A DNA stretch of 64,000 bases. Origin: Lepidodermella squamata. Taxonomy: Eukaryota > Animalia > Gastrotricha. The stretch's first letter is position 1, and each line of letters opens with the position of its first letter. The position numbers were made by a program, and so were the translations under genes. This document shows positions 1 through 12,639 of this stretch, piece after piece. The notes beneath the pieces were generated by a model that did not search any database, was not told where the DNA came from, and saw nothing but the letters and a program-made list of their open reading frames with translations. The stretch covers positions 1,054,001 to 1,118,000 of the forward strand of contig JBLDXI010000025.1 of the NCBI GenBank assembly GCA_047495785.1, given 5' to 3'.

Positions 1-69
1 CTGGCGGCCCTTTTTGACTGGTGGCCCCTGGGCTCCAGCCCTCCAAGCCCATACGTTAATCCGGCCCTG
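1..69. mobile_element. End of a non-autonomous hAT-like DNA transposon/MITE (truncated by window edge)
   Basis: Reverse complement of the end reads CAGGGCCGGATTAACGTATGGGC, a terminus style common in animal hAT-type MITEs; the partner end is outside the window. Confidence 0.4.
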
Positions 70-1697
70 AGTGCTAAGACCGTTTTTTCGAGGAAAATAT
101 TTAAAAAAATAAGAGAAAATGTTTTGATAATTAAAAAATAATGTCACGTCAGAAATTCTTGGACAAATAAAAGCAAGTGTTACAAGATACTTAAATAAGC
201 AAACTGCTACTTAAGAGAAGGCTGGTTTGCCTTAGCCATCAAAATTATGATAATGGCCAGATGTAAAAGGTGTGCAATAAGAGCAAAAACACATGGCTGC
301 GTTCATTAATGCGCCGAGTTCGTCTGAGTTGCCGACGATATAGCCCCGATAAGAAAGCAGCCCATCTGACTAACGAGGGCCAGCATTACCAAAAAGGATG
401 TATCACATCAGCCGGGGAAGAATTTTTTCATTTAATGCCAGCATTTAATATGATGATATAAAGATGATGCATAGCTATACTTATACTACTGTAAAAAGAA
501 CCATGTAAAAGACACGCTGTGTTGTTCAAAACAACCACAAATAGTCGTGGCTATTTAAAAAAGGTACGTATACAGCTGCGCATTGGTGTAATAAAAATGA
601 ATGAAGCAGAGATGCACACACAGGTAAATGCATTTTACACGCACCTGCAAGTTTTATTACACTGACCGTAGTCGCGCGGTCGCTGCATTTTATTTACGCT
701 GCGTGCGGCTGCTGTGAGCCAAGCAAATGAATAAGTAATATCATTAAGGTTGAGACTGATTGCGCAAGGTCAATCCCGTGAGTGCGATTCAAAGGGGCTA
801 AGTCATTACTATGGTCATTACAAATTACTGCCCGCTCGTTATAACGCACAGTTGCTGCTTTATTACGGCGGGTGTTGCCGCAAAAACCGCAAGCTCAAAG
901 CCTGATGGCAGCAGGTCATCAATTTCCTTACAGCGTAGATTGGAAACACTCACAGAAAATGATTAGGTCAAGTCCCATCAAAAATTGGCGCTGATTTTTC
1001 GTTTGTCAGTAATCCTGAAAATCCTGAAAATTTAGAAAAATATTCGGAGTGTATTATTTTACGCGGCTTGAGTAAATTGAGAAAATTCACGTCATCCCAA
1101 AATTTCCAAATAGTGCGAAAATTTAAGATTAATTTTTGACATCTGAACTAATGAGGTGCTGGAATTCATGAATGGATTTATAGATATCGTAATTTTTCTA
1201 AATTTTCCTATAACTTCTAGGCACGTGTCTCTTGTCCCATGCAAGCAAATATAAATGCCTGAAAATGTGTGAATTGAGCGCGGAGTGTTATACATGAATA
1301 TTGAATAGAAAATAATATATAGAGCGGTCGCTGCAAAATTCAAACGCCGAATAAATACATAATGGGCTATATAGACGCTTTTTAGCAAAATAGAAGCAAG
1401 CTACGGTCGCATCGATCGCGACCGCGCGTCTCCTGCATGCAACTCGATACATACAACATGGTGCCATAATAAAATTCCTTGTAAAATACTAAAAATATAA
1501 TAGTATAATGTGAAAAAATCAATATATATGACCCATGCGCAGTCAGCTTAACTTTGCTCCGTTGCGATAATATTTGTTAATGCCAGATCGGCAGTACCTA
1601 TATATGAGCATTTTCGAAATCAGTGAAATAAAAAATAAAAAAAAATAAAAAAAAACGAAAAATGAACCGCATGCCTTTGTCTCGAGTTAAGTGACTC

Positions 1698-1769
1698 TGC
1701 CTTGGCCTGGAGTCGAACCAGGGTCACCTCGGCCACAACGAGGAATACTAACCACTATACTACCAAGGC
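1698..1769 (-). tRNA. tRNA-His(GUG)
   Basis: Minus strand GCCTTGGTAGTATAGTGGTTAGTATTCCTCGTTGTGGCCGAGGTGACCCTGGTTCGACTCCAGGCCAAGGCA: acceptor stem GCCTTGG/CCAAGGC, anticodon stem CCTCG/CGAGG around GTG, T-loop GGTTCGACTCC; T-rich tract downstream. Confidence 0.95.
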
Positions 1770-1887
1770 TGATAGCGCGGTTGAAAGAGCATTCGCAAAC
1801 GAGGCTTATAAAGTGGAAACATGATGCAATATGATGCCACCATTTCGATGGCTATTTTACCTGTGATACCTGATGTAGAAATCACAA

Positions 1888-1969
1888 GACGCGGTGGCCG
1901 AGAGGTTAAGGCGCCCGGTTGCTAGCCGGTTGGGCTCTGCCCGCGAGGGTTCGAATCCCTTCCGTGTCG
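1888..1969 (+). tRNA. tRNA-Ser(GCU)
   Basis: GACGCGGTGGCCGAGAGGTTAAGGCG...CCGG-TT-GCT-AG-CCGG, long variable arm GGGCTCTGCCC, GGTTCGAATCC, 3' CCGTGTCG; oligo-T Pol III terminator at ~1979-1983. Confidence 0.95.
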
Positions 1970-3680
1970 AAAACTAACTTTTTGGAAATAATTTTGGAAT
2001 TTCGCATTGAAAATCATCATGAGTAAATTAGAACTAACTAAGATACGAGGAAATTCAATTATGAATCATCCATCGTAGTAATGAAACCGCTACTTTACCC
2101 CGGAAATGTAATAATTTTCATATTTTTATTTTTATATTATTTTATAATTATTATTATTATTATATTTCATGTTTGACGACATTCTTACGTAAATCAACCA
2201 AGCTGCCAATTAAAAATTTCGAAAAATAATCCCACAATTTTGTTAGCATAACGACTATTCGCTTAATTTTAATTTTAAAATGTTAAAATTTCGAATGTTT
2301 TTGGACCGAACTGAAATTTGCGGACAGAAAAAGGCGGACCAGGCGCTGATGAAGTGAAATAAAATGCGAAACGTTCTAATAATTCAATTTGATTGCAATG
2401 AATATTGATCTCGGTGCTGGAAATCGGAGCGAGCATGTGCAAATATTTGAGCGATGGGCGGCGCGATTGCAAGCATTTGCAGAAAGCAGAGAGACGCGCA
2501 ACCTTGTAAGGCGTTCCTTACACAATAGGAATAGTGTATGTACTATTCCTTACATGCGCGCAACAGCGAAACATTGCGGCCCTGAATTATTCCAAATAAC
2601 GAGCATGCTGACACTGATCGCTAGCTGATTATATACATCGCAGCTGCTTGATTGATTGAACGCAAATGAAAGACAAGCAAACATTATTTGCAAAACGTGA
2701 TAGCCCTAATAAGCCACCCTTAGAACAATAATTATTAAATTAATTATTAATACGTAATTCTATGCGACCATAGTAAAGGCCGCCCAAGTCATCCAAGTTT
2801 CCTCCTCGTTTTGTGCGCGCAATTGCGCAAAGCGGGTGAGCGCGCGCACAATGCGAGCACACAAAATCTCGAATTATACCTCAATTTATTTTTATATAAT
2901 TCAATTTCAGGGATAAGATCGAAAGAAAAGTGCAAACTTTGAGTCTTCAAAACTTTTGAATGGGTGATCCTGGCGAGCCGAATTGTCTACCACAGGTAGC
3001 TCTTAGGTATGGCTAACACCAGTTGAAATTTGGCTGTTATCGGGTAGTTCATTGTTATGGCTTTATGTTATGGCAAATTTATACTTTTCCTTCGATCACA
3101 TCCCTGTTTGTCAACGATCATGATAACACATCGGACAGATGTAAAAACTGAACATTCATATCTGAAATTCGTATAGATCATTATTTTTTATTTTTAATTA
3201 AATTAATATTATGTAAAATAAAAATTTAAAGAATTGTTAGGACTTACAAAATTGCGCGCGCACATAGAATTAGTATTTGAAACCCGCGCGCGGCAATTAC
3301 AAAGGCTAACTTTTGAATTTTCTCGGCGTTTATTGTATCGAAGTTGAATTATATTTGGAATCGATTGAATATGGGGGGTTCTCGATCGAAAAATGTATAA
3401 CGAATTTTTTCTACGAGTGCTCACAATTTGCCCGCCCAGAAATTAGAAAATTAGCCATTATCATTCATAGAGCGCTTAGCGGACCAATCAGAGTGCGAGC
3501 ATGGAGGAAATTTAGGCGGGCCTGAATATTATGTGCTAAACCATCAAGTCAATATTATTTTTCTCAAGGTGCTAGGCGAAGTAACATGCTGACTCTCCGA
3601 GAGAAAATCCTTGAGCTCCATTTGAAATGTTATCAACAATTTTCGCTTTACAATTCAACAGACAATGAGGAATAAGGGAA

Positions 3681-3814
3681 TACTCTATGGCTTTCCATGG
3701 AGAAATAAAATTTCCCCCCTCTCTGGAACCCCTCGATTCGTTTGGCTGCGCCAAACTCACTCGGGGTTCCAGATCGGGGGGAAATTTTATTTCTCCATGG
3801 AAAGCCATAGAGTA
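3681..3814. repeat. Near-perfect palindrome (~50-bp arms), TA-bounded MITE-like element
   Basis: TACTCTATGGCTTTCCATGGAGAAATAAAATTTCCCCC... pairs with ...GGGGGAAATTTTATTTCTCCATGGAAAGCCATAGAGTA; a partial related motif lies at ~3933-3955. Confidence 0.85.
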
Positions 3815-4201
3815 ATGCTATTCCTACATGCGCACTATCTGGAGCCACTTTTTGCGATGTTAAAGGGTCATACCCCTGTGAAAATAGCGTAAAAAATTGA
3901 AATAAAAAGTCCGCCTTAAAAAATTTAATTCAGCCATAGAGAAATCAAATTTCCCAATAGCAAAATTTTACCATGCGCATGTAGGAATTGCCCAAGGGCG
4001 ATCATCGGATAGTGATTTAGCAGCTGAGAAAGACTGATTGATTTTAAAATTGGAAAAGAAAGGCGCGAATCCATATTAATCGATTCTCTGATTTAAAAAC
4101 ACAGTATAAATCAAACAAAAAATAGCTCATTTATTTGCCAAAAGTGGTGGAAAATACGAAATTTGTAGAGATTTCCCTTAATCATTGCACCAGAGCGCAT
4201 C

Positions 4202-6095
4202 TCAATTCCTTCTAGGATCTTGGCAAAACGATAGGGAACATCCTTCAGTTGATGCTCGATTAGCCACGAGCAGTCTCGCTACCTCCAACTGCCGTAGCCG
4301 TTCAGCAATAACCAACGCCGTCCTTCCCGCCGAATCCTTCTCATTCAACGCTGCTCCTCTCTGAATCAGCAACTTGGCATATTTCTGATTTTATTTTACT
4401 ACCACCGCCTGTTACGGCGCTCTCGGCGCGATTACATAGCCTCATAGACTTAGAAATTTATGATGCAATCAACAATGTAAAAAGGCGATATAAAATGAAC
4501 GGTAGAAAAGATAATATGCCGTTTCTCTAAAAAGAGTGCTGGTTATAAAACGACTTGTAGCCAGTCCCGTGGGTCGTGTGAGAGGCTCAGCTGGCTAGGT
4601 TTTGAAACTTCACGTAAATGCCAAGCTGGGCACTTATCGGCAAGTACTTTGCGAGCGTCTTCTGACGTTGGGCGGATACCGCAGACGTAGTTGATGTAGT
4701 CCGCCGTATCTAGACCTGCTGCTAAGCAGCGTTCGCCATAGCGTTTGAAGGCACCAAGGAAGACATCCTCAATGGAGTCGACTCCGGCGTAAGCGATGAC
4801 GTCTATTACTTCCGTTTGGAAGGGCAGATCAAACAAGGCTCGAAGGCAGTGGGCTTGGATTTCCAACAGTTTTCCAACCGAGGAGGGCGCAAGGCAACGA
4901 AGGGCAGGGGCTCCATAGGCAACCAAGGACTCCAGGACTGTTTTATAAAAGAGCACACAAAGGTTTTTAGGCAAAACATGCCGCTTGGCCAAGGCGTAGA
5001 GGGCGCCAAGGCGAGGCTTCAGTTTTGAGGCAATTATTTCAAGATGGTAATTCCAACTTAGCTGGGGTGTGAGATAAATCCCGAGGTAGCGTGCGCGGTT
5101 GACCTGAGGCAGGGGCTGGCCATATAGCTCAAAGCGTACTTCAGGAGGCGAGTTGCCATATCTACCGAAGACGATCACTTCACACTTCCCCGGGCTTAAG
5201 CGAAGCCGCCATTTGTTGCACCACACTTCGATTGAGCGTAGGCGCTTTCTTAGCCTCGCGACGCTGGCTGCAATCGAGTAGCCGAAGGTCCAACTTCGCA
5301 ACATCATAATGCCCATCCTCAGCCGCAATCATCAGAGCAGTGCTACCCTCATTGTTCTTCGCATTTATGTTAACCCCACGATCAAGGAGTACCTTAACAC
5401 TGTGATAGTCAGCTGAGCCATACGCGACTGAGGTGAGAAGGGTCGTGTATCCTAGCTTGTCTGTATCATTAACACGAGCCCCTCGGTCTAACAACATCTT
5501 AACAGCATTCGAATTACCACTTCTACAAGCGAAGAGGATAGCTGTGTGACCATAATTAGTCTTATGATAAATTGCAGCTCCATTGTTAAGCAGTAACTCA
5601 ATCATCTCAGCATAACCTCGATTCGCAGCCAGTAAAAGTGGAGTTGCTCCGTTGTTATCAACAGCATCAACCTCAGCGTCATTATCAATGAGCAACTTAG
5701 CCATGTTAACATGATTAGTCATAGCTGTGAAGTGAAGTGGGGTAGATCCGGTTGAGAGATCTGTCAAATCTAGCTTCGCGCCTCTCTCAATCAACACTTG
5801 AGCGATTTGAACTCGAGATTGGCTGTCTTTTGCGCAGGTTAGGAGTCGCAGCAGTGGCGTTAGTCCGGTTACGTTGAAGAAGTCGCAGGTTTTGTTGACC
5901 AGTCGAGTGTCTCGCCAGTTGGCGTTGAATTGTTTCTTTGTTGCAGCATCAATGACTTTGATAGCAAGTTGTACCTTGACAAAGTTACCCGCCTCACAAC
6001 CATCCATTAGCAAACGATAGAATTTCAGAGTCTAAAATAGCTGAATCGAAACGCAATCTCTAAGGAGAAATAAGTGAGTCTACCTCTGGTGACAT
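4202..6095 (-). pseudogene. Ankyrin-repeat protein gene disrupted by a LINE insertion
   Basis: Likely exon 1 6084-6095 (MSPE), intron 6032-6083, then multiple ANK repeats (GSTPLHFTA, GATPLLLAA, GHTAILFAC, GSTALMIAA) to ...GHYDVAKL at 5291. The frame resumes at 4369 with LIQRGAALNEKDSAGRTALVIAERLRQLEVARLLV...RRN* (stop 4202-4204). Confidence 0.85.
4380..5290 (-). mobile_element. 5'-truncated non-LTR retrotransposon (I/Jockey-like RT C-terminal part)
   Basis: WCNKWRLRLSPGKCEVIVF, RYLGIYLTPQLSWNYH and LFYKTVLESLVAYG are LINE RT thumb-region motifs; stop at 4543; A-rich 3' end (GTAAAATAAAATC); flanked by TSD CAACTTGGCA (4370-4379) / CAACTTCGCA (5291-5300). Confidence 0.9.
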
Positions 6096-6954
6096 TATGT
6101 TAGTTCGATTCTTCGACTGTCCATTCACCAACAGGAACATCGATGTAGTAAGGATTAAGAGAAAGGTTTTAGTCAGAAAATGCATTTCCGCGGATTTAAT
6201 TTATGGGAGGTAAATGGGCGGCTCGCAACGCATAGCTGGAAGTTTTTGTCTTTGTTTACTTATTTAATACCTGCGTTTTAGATGTAACAGCTTCATACAT
6301 TCATCACAAGCCGCTGTAAGTTTGTGCAAACACGCGTGAAGTGGTTGCAGAAGCACGCCACTTTTCCGTCCTGGAGTTCGGTGCTTAAGCTGCACCTGAG
6401 CTTTTAGTCTTTCCCAAAATCTTTGAGCTCTGACCTCAACATTTCTTTTGCTGATTATCTAAAGCCGAGCAAAGGCCATGAAGTAGTGAAGCATTTTGTT
6501 ATCTAATCACTGAAGTGCCTGGAGCGGGGTCAAGGTTATGGTAACTTTTATCAACACAAAAGCGCAAGTGTCTTTACTCTAGAGTCTAGAGTCCCAACTT
6601 CCATCTCGAGTTGAAACAATAAATAACAGAACCACACTTTTTGAAACCATCGATGCAACAGCGATGCAATAAGTTGCGCAACAACATTATTTCTGTGCGA
6701 GCTTCTAGTCTGTAAAACAAAATTCGCGTTTAGTTTTCAATTTCGCTCTTCAACTGTCAGCTTTAGCTTTCATCTTTTGCTTGCTCAATGCAGCCATATT
6801 TGGCTTGACGAACTCTAAATTTGGGGTTTAAGTTCTTTCCAAGCGACAATTTCATCTTATTGTGTTGCTTTTGAAATTATTAACTCATCCTTCAATCTGA
6901 GGCTATAGTTGCTTAATAAAAAACGATTCTTGAGCTCGCAGTGGTACATAGATA

Positions 6955-8630
6955 ATGGTCCGGCTTGACACACACTATACTGCGTTACCTAGGCGGAAAG
7001 CTCAAAACATCATTCTTATCGGAAGTAAGCATATTTCATCAGATAAACTTTTCGCAACCTTTTTCTCGGGCGTTCATAGCTTCCGTGACTTTGGCGGTGT
7101 GGTATTTATGCCGCAAAATCAAGCTTTGGTACAGTTATAGGAAAGTTGGGTCATTACTGCAGTCAATACCGGGCGATGGAACGTTCGACCACTTCCCGTT
7201 CGGTGCCTTAGCTCAGCCGAACTACGAAGGCTTGGCTAAGCGGCAGAAATATGGACCCATCTACCGCATTTACCATTACAGCACCCCGATTATGTGAGTA
7301 TTCAGCAATTATTTTAGAGCTATTATGGAGAAAGTGTGATGACAGAGTTCTAGCTCAGAGTAAACTGGCTGTTGAATGGTACCGAGACAATACGAAAAGC
7401 GTATCCCGCGACCATGGTTTGGCAGTTATGGGCCCAATGCTCAGCCATTTAATGGGCCAAGCAGTCGGGTTCGAAGCTGGAAAAACCTGGCAACGATGTC
7501 GGACCATGTTCAAGCCAGACTTCATGCCGAAAGCAGTCGAAGAAAACTTCATCATTATGCAAGAAGAGGTCGATAAATGGTGTCAAACTTACCTGACAGA
7601 CGGCGCTGTTCTCGACTTTTTCTGGAGTGAACTTTTCAAACTACCGTTCAACGTACTGAAACGGCTCATGTACGGTAAATTGATAGCGGAGAGCGAGACG
7701 GAAGACGTTTACCGCATGGCAATGGAAATGAGTGCACTTAGCGCTGATTCAGCGATCAAACCCATTTGCAACCAACGATTTTATCTGTCGCTGCCGACTG
7801 ACAGAAAGAGACGCTGTTTCAAGCTGAAAAATGACTGGCATGCCTTTAACAAGGAAAAGTATGAAATGCTACGCAGCGGCAAGGTTTCTATCCAGGATGG
7901 CGGATGTTTCGCCCAGGTATTTCATCGACTCTTCCCCGAGGGTTTGCCGCCATTTGAAGAGATCAATCATGACGATCTAGAGATGATTATTCAATCGATG
8001 AATGAGAACCTTCTGTTCAACAATGACGTGACAAATGCAGTTTTGATGACTAACTTGATCACTCTAGCCCATGAGAGGCATGTCCTGGACGAATTGTATG
8101 CCGAATTGAAACAGGCTGCGAGTAATGTTGATTCATCCGGGGTTGTGGATTGTAATTCTTTGCTATCCTTGCCTTATCTTGATGCTGTTATCCGCGAATG
8201 TGGCCGCCACAAGCCGTTTCTAACGATTACAGTCGCTGAGCAGACGCTGGATGATATAACTCTTGGTGGGTATCGTTTATCTGCCGGGACCTTCATCTGC
8301 CTGGATGCTGAAGCGATTAATTTTGATCCTGAAGTATGGCCAGAGCCTGAAAAGTTTGACCCGATGCGTCACATGGGCGAACGCAAGTCTGAACTCGATT
8401 TTCACCGCTTCGGTCTAAATCCTAGGAGGCAATGCCTTGGCTTCCGATATGCTCTGGCTGTGATTAAACTAGTGATTTGGCACATTGTAACGAAATATGA
8501 TATCGAAATTCACGGCAATGATAAGGAAGCTATATATCGCCGATGGAGAACGGAAAAGAAGAAATGGGGCCTGCCCTTCATTACGCCGTACATGTCATTT
8601 CCGAAAATCAAAATCCAAGCTAGAGCCTGA
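6955..8630 (+). CDS. Cytochrome P450, 3 exons (6955-7024, 7080-7293, 7346-8630)
   Basis: GT-AG introns 7025-7079 and 7294-7345 join three ORF-track frames into one. N-terminal anchor NIILIGTSVTLAVWYL, K-helix ECGR, WPEPEKFDPMRH, heme motif FGLNPRRQCLG; AATAAA at ~8676. Confidence 0.9.
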
Positions 8631-8753
8631 TTCTAAAATTGCCATTTCTTAATTAAGTTCCGTTTCTTAAAAGGAAATAAATCAGTAAAAATCTTGATAT
8701 TGCAAAAATGTCCTAATTTTTAGCAGTGAAATGTCAGAGTTCACGGTAGTTTT

Positions 8754-11235
8754 TCACTGGGTTGCCCAGAGATCGCAGCGTTTCCATCCATCTGGGTTCA
8801 TCTTTGAACCAACTGGGCAGCTATAAGTCGCAGCGAATGGCTCGAAATTCTTCATTCCTTCGTTAACTCTGTAAATAAGTAGGTTAAGAACAGATAGATG
8901 ATTCAGTTGAGACAACTCACCGCCATGGAGGGTAGGCATGCTCATCTTTAAGCAGAATACTCTTCCCAAACGGTGTGGTTGCTTGGCAGTAAGATTGCGC
9001 ATTGCTTACGAAATAGATCTGGTCATTATTCAGCGGAACGCCGGGAACTTCGAACTTTTTGAGGCCATCGTCTCCAAAAGCTTTCTTGAAGGCTGCATAG
9101 GCGAACTTGAGACCAGCGTTGTCAGCAGCATTTTCAGCAAGGGTGGCCTCGCCATAGCCAGTTGCATCCGGACGCAAGGCTTGGAACTGGTCGATGAGAC
9201 ACTTCAGCTGCTCCTTGAACTTATCAAGCGCCGCCCCTTCCAAAATTGGCTTAGCCTCACCATAGGCATTGAAATTGATTCCACTGCTATCGAAGCCATG
9301 AATGATTTCTGTTTTAAAATAAATAAATAAATAAGTCATTGAGTATTTGAAAGAATGAATCGTACCATGCCCAATAGTTTGGCTGGGGAATCCCCAATTC
9401 CAAGCACTGGGAAGGTCGAAGCGGAAAGAAGGAGCAACGAAGTAACCAGCGATCAAGCCAAACGTATTGAGGGTTGGTTTGTAGAACGCATTTTGCTCCA
9501 TAACCTTGGCGCCTTGCCAGCTGGACGAAAAAATATATTCTCTCCAAAGATCTTTAACATCTTAAAACACATACAAATGCTCCAGTCGATCAACGGGTCC
9601 ATTAAGCTGTCTCAACGTGCGAGCGTTGTTGAATTCACCAAGAGCTTTCTTATTGTGCACAAAATCTGGTCCCGGGATGGTCAGAGCATCGTACTTCTTA
9701 TCGTAAGCTTCGCTCATGAGATCTGGCGGGAAGCCCATTGAAAATTTGATCTGTTCGACCTTGAGCTTGACGGCAGCCTTCGCCTTAGCGTCTAACCACG
9801 TCACCTTGTCAAAAGCGTCGTGAATTTCGGCCAAAACAAGGCTTGTCATGTTCGACAGGTAGTCGACGTTTTCCTTGGAAAAGAATCGTTTCAAGAAGCG
9901 ACGGGCGATAAAGTGATCGCCGAACTGCTGCTGGATCAAGGCATCGCACGATGGCTGATTTTCTTTAACTTTCCCGCAGAACGCATCATCGGCAATACGT
10001 TCAGACTCATCGATGGACTGCGCGATGACTTGAAGCTGGTACAGAGGTTGAGTTATGTCGCAGGCAATTTGACTGGAAAATGCGTCGATCGCAGTAAAAA
10101 CGGCGTAATTCTGAAATACGCGTTTGCTTCGGTCGGCGCCGAGTTTAGTCTTCGTCTGGGCGATGAGCAGAGATAGCTTCTCGAAGTAGGTCTTGCTGCG
10201 GAACGAAATTCGTAGATCTTTTGAGCCGAGTGATGGAACGTCCGCAATGCCCCCCAACACACGGAAAAATTCTTCCCAGTCGATGTTCGGGCTAACTTTC
10301 TGCAATTCTTCCAAGCGCTCATCAAATCTGTCTTCCTTATTTTCGACAAAGTTGGCATCCTCCACGTCGTTATTAGTCTTATCGCCTAATTCTGCCATAT
10401 TTGGGGAAATCTGCAAATGAACTCTTAGAAGGGTTCAGTTTTGGTTAGTTCGACTTACCAAAGCTAGCTCGACCTCAAACTCAGCTAAATCCTTGATGTA
10501 GGTGTCAGAAACTGTGTAACGGTTCTTCCTGGGTATGATCATCTTGAACAGCTTGGTAATCTCGGTGACGTACATTTCTTTGGCATCGCTCAGGGTTGCG
10601 TTATCTTCGTCGCTATCAATCAAATTTTGCATTGCTGTACGATCACCAAATGCCGGCGTTGTTCTCGGACCGAGGAACAGCTGAAACTCGGAGGCATTCG
10701 ACGGATTTACATCGATGTCAACCGAGAAGAAAGCAGTTTTTCCCTCGATCAGCGTAGCCGGGAGGACTTGCTCCAACCGCGTTTTGACTTCTTCGTCGCT
10801 GATGAACAACCCACCAACATCTCGAGCAAGATTGCGAAGAAAAGCGACAGAGGATTCGACGTCATCGAAGCGATCTGAACCAGACACGCAAGACTGCATG
10901 AAATCCTTGAACTTCTTCTCAGCCGGGGAAAAGCTAGATACATTAGCGCTGTTGAAGTCTAACATTGCCCTCTGAGTCATGTCTCCAAAAATGTCGTCCA
11001 TCGCACCTTGCCAGGCACGGTTGTTTTTAATGATCGCATTAGCAGCATATCCACCACAGGCGAATTGGTAGAAGTCTTCACATGGGTCCGCAGTCAGGTC
11101 TAGATTGCTAAGGATGAATTCAGCTGCCTTGACGCAACCTGGAGTTGTGCAAGATCCAACGCCAACTGATGGATCAATCGGCTTGGCTGAAATATAGCTC
11201 AGCAGAGCAGTAACTGCTAAAGTTGAGAAAATCAT
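8754..11235 (-). CDS. Secreted M13 (neprilysin-like) zinc metallopeptidase, copy 1, multi-exon
   Basis: Signal peptide then KPIDP; CTTPGCV; [14 protein letters not shown]; QNAFY; IGH|EIIHGFD split by an intron; ENAADNAG; HAYPPWR; CPVGSKMNP..RCDLW. Confidence 0.92.
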
Positions 11236-12639
11236 TGTGTTCAGCAATGAAATATTCGCATTCAAAGACGGCTTTTAAAAGCCGGCTTGATAACTAGGAG
11301 AGCAAATGCCGGTGAGGTGTGAAGTAAAATCAGAATACTTTTTCATCCAGCTTTGCTTGAATTACACCCAACGATTAAATAACGTCAAGTCGGGTTCATT
11401 TGCTGCCTGGAATAATTTAGTTGTGGGTGTCGTTTTTGTTTAAAGGTGTTGATTGGAGCTCACACTTCATTCTCCTTCTGAAACCAGCTCCTGATGTGCC
11501 GCCCCAAAACCCGCAATTAAATGCCCCTGAACAATTGATTAATGTAACCTGAAATTTATAAAATATATCAAACTTTACGCGCATTTATCACACTTCTATG
11601 ACTAGCTCCAGAAAACACAGCAATTACAAAAGCTCACGGTGAAAAGATCTGTGACTTTTTTCCAAAGAAATAGAACCAGCTATTTTCCCACAGATTATGT
11701 ATCGAGTGAGCGCTGAGATAATATCACAACACAGCTGGTAAAACGGCGCTCCTGCATTTGAAATTTTCTAATCAGTTGCTTTCCAGATGAATTCATGATG
11801 CAATGGAACTAGATATCGCAATGGCTCGTCAGAAGTTTTATTGATCGATCATTATAACTCTTTCATTTATAATACTGCTATCAACCCTTGTGATATACTT
11901 GTGATTATATCCCTTAAAATCGCTTGAGTGGTCAACTTAAAATTACGCAGCTTCTATACAGAATACAATCAAAATCAATTCAGAGAATAGGTCCATCGTA
12001 ATAATCCGGTTATGATTTCCGTTGTTAACTCATTGACTGCCAAGGCCCCGATGCATCGGTTTCTCCCAGGAGAAACACTAATACCTCCACTAATATTTGA
12101 AATGTGCTGGTTCGCTGTGTAAACAATGGGCGCGCATGCGCGGCGTAACAATGTAAACAGTAAACACACAATGTGCGCTGCAGTCACGTGACGGCGTTCG
12201 CTTTGTAAAAATGAGAAATCGATCAGCGAGAAATAATTCGAATTATCACGCCTTTTATGGCGAGAATGGTGCCATGAACTCAATATAATATTTGGGAGGA
12301 TTCTAATATCGGATTTTTTATTATGGCACTAACTATTCACTGTGATTTAGAAAGAGTTTTCTCCCAGTTTTGTCATGTTCTCATTTTTGAAGACCGCTTC
12401 AAAATAATACTTATATCTGTAGTTGATGTCAAAAAACTCAGCTTTACTTCAACATGAAAACATTTTACTTCGACAATTTCAGAACGAAGAGCGATAGCTG
12501 GTGATTTATTTCGATGCATTATTTCTAAAATGTATTTCTTTGATTTATTTCGAATGCAACACGCAAATAATTTCCACATGCTACAACAAATACAATATAA
12601 ACCATGAAATCAGGCGAAAAATAAAGCAAGACGAGAGTA

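Noticed and set aside
70-1690. Short ORFs in the AT-rich left flank
   Set aside because: No recognisable motifs or splice-consistent structure.
3572-3892. Mirror-image short ORFs on both strands
   Set aside because: Artefact of the palindrome.
4543-6013. Ankyrin-reverse transcriptase fusion as a novel system
   Set aside because: The TSD and the resumption of the ankyrin frame at 4369 show a simple 5'-truncated LINE insertion; the RT catalytic core is absent.
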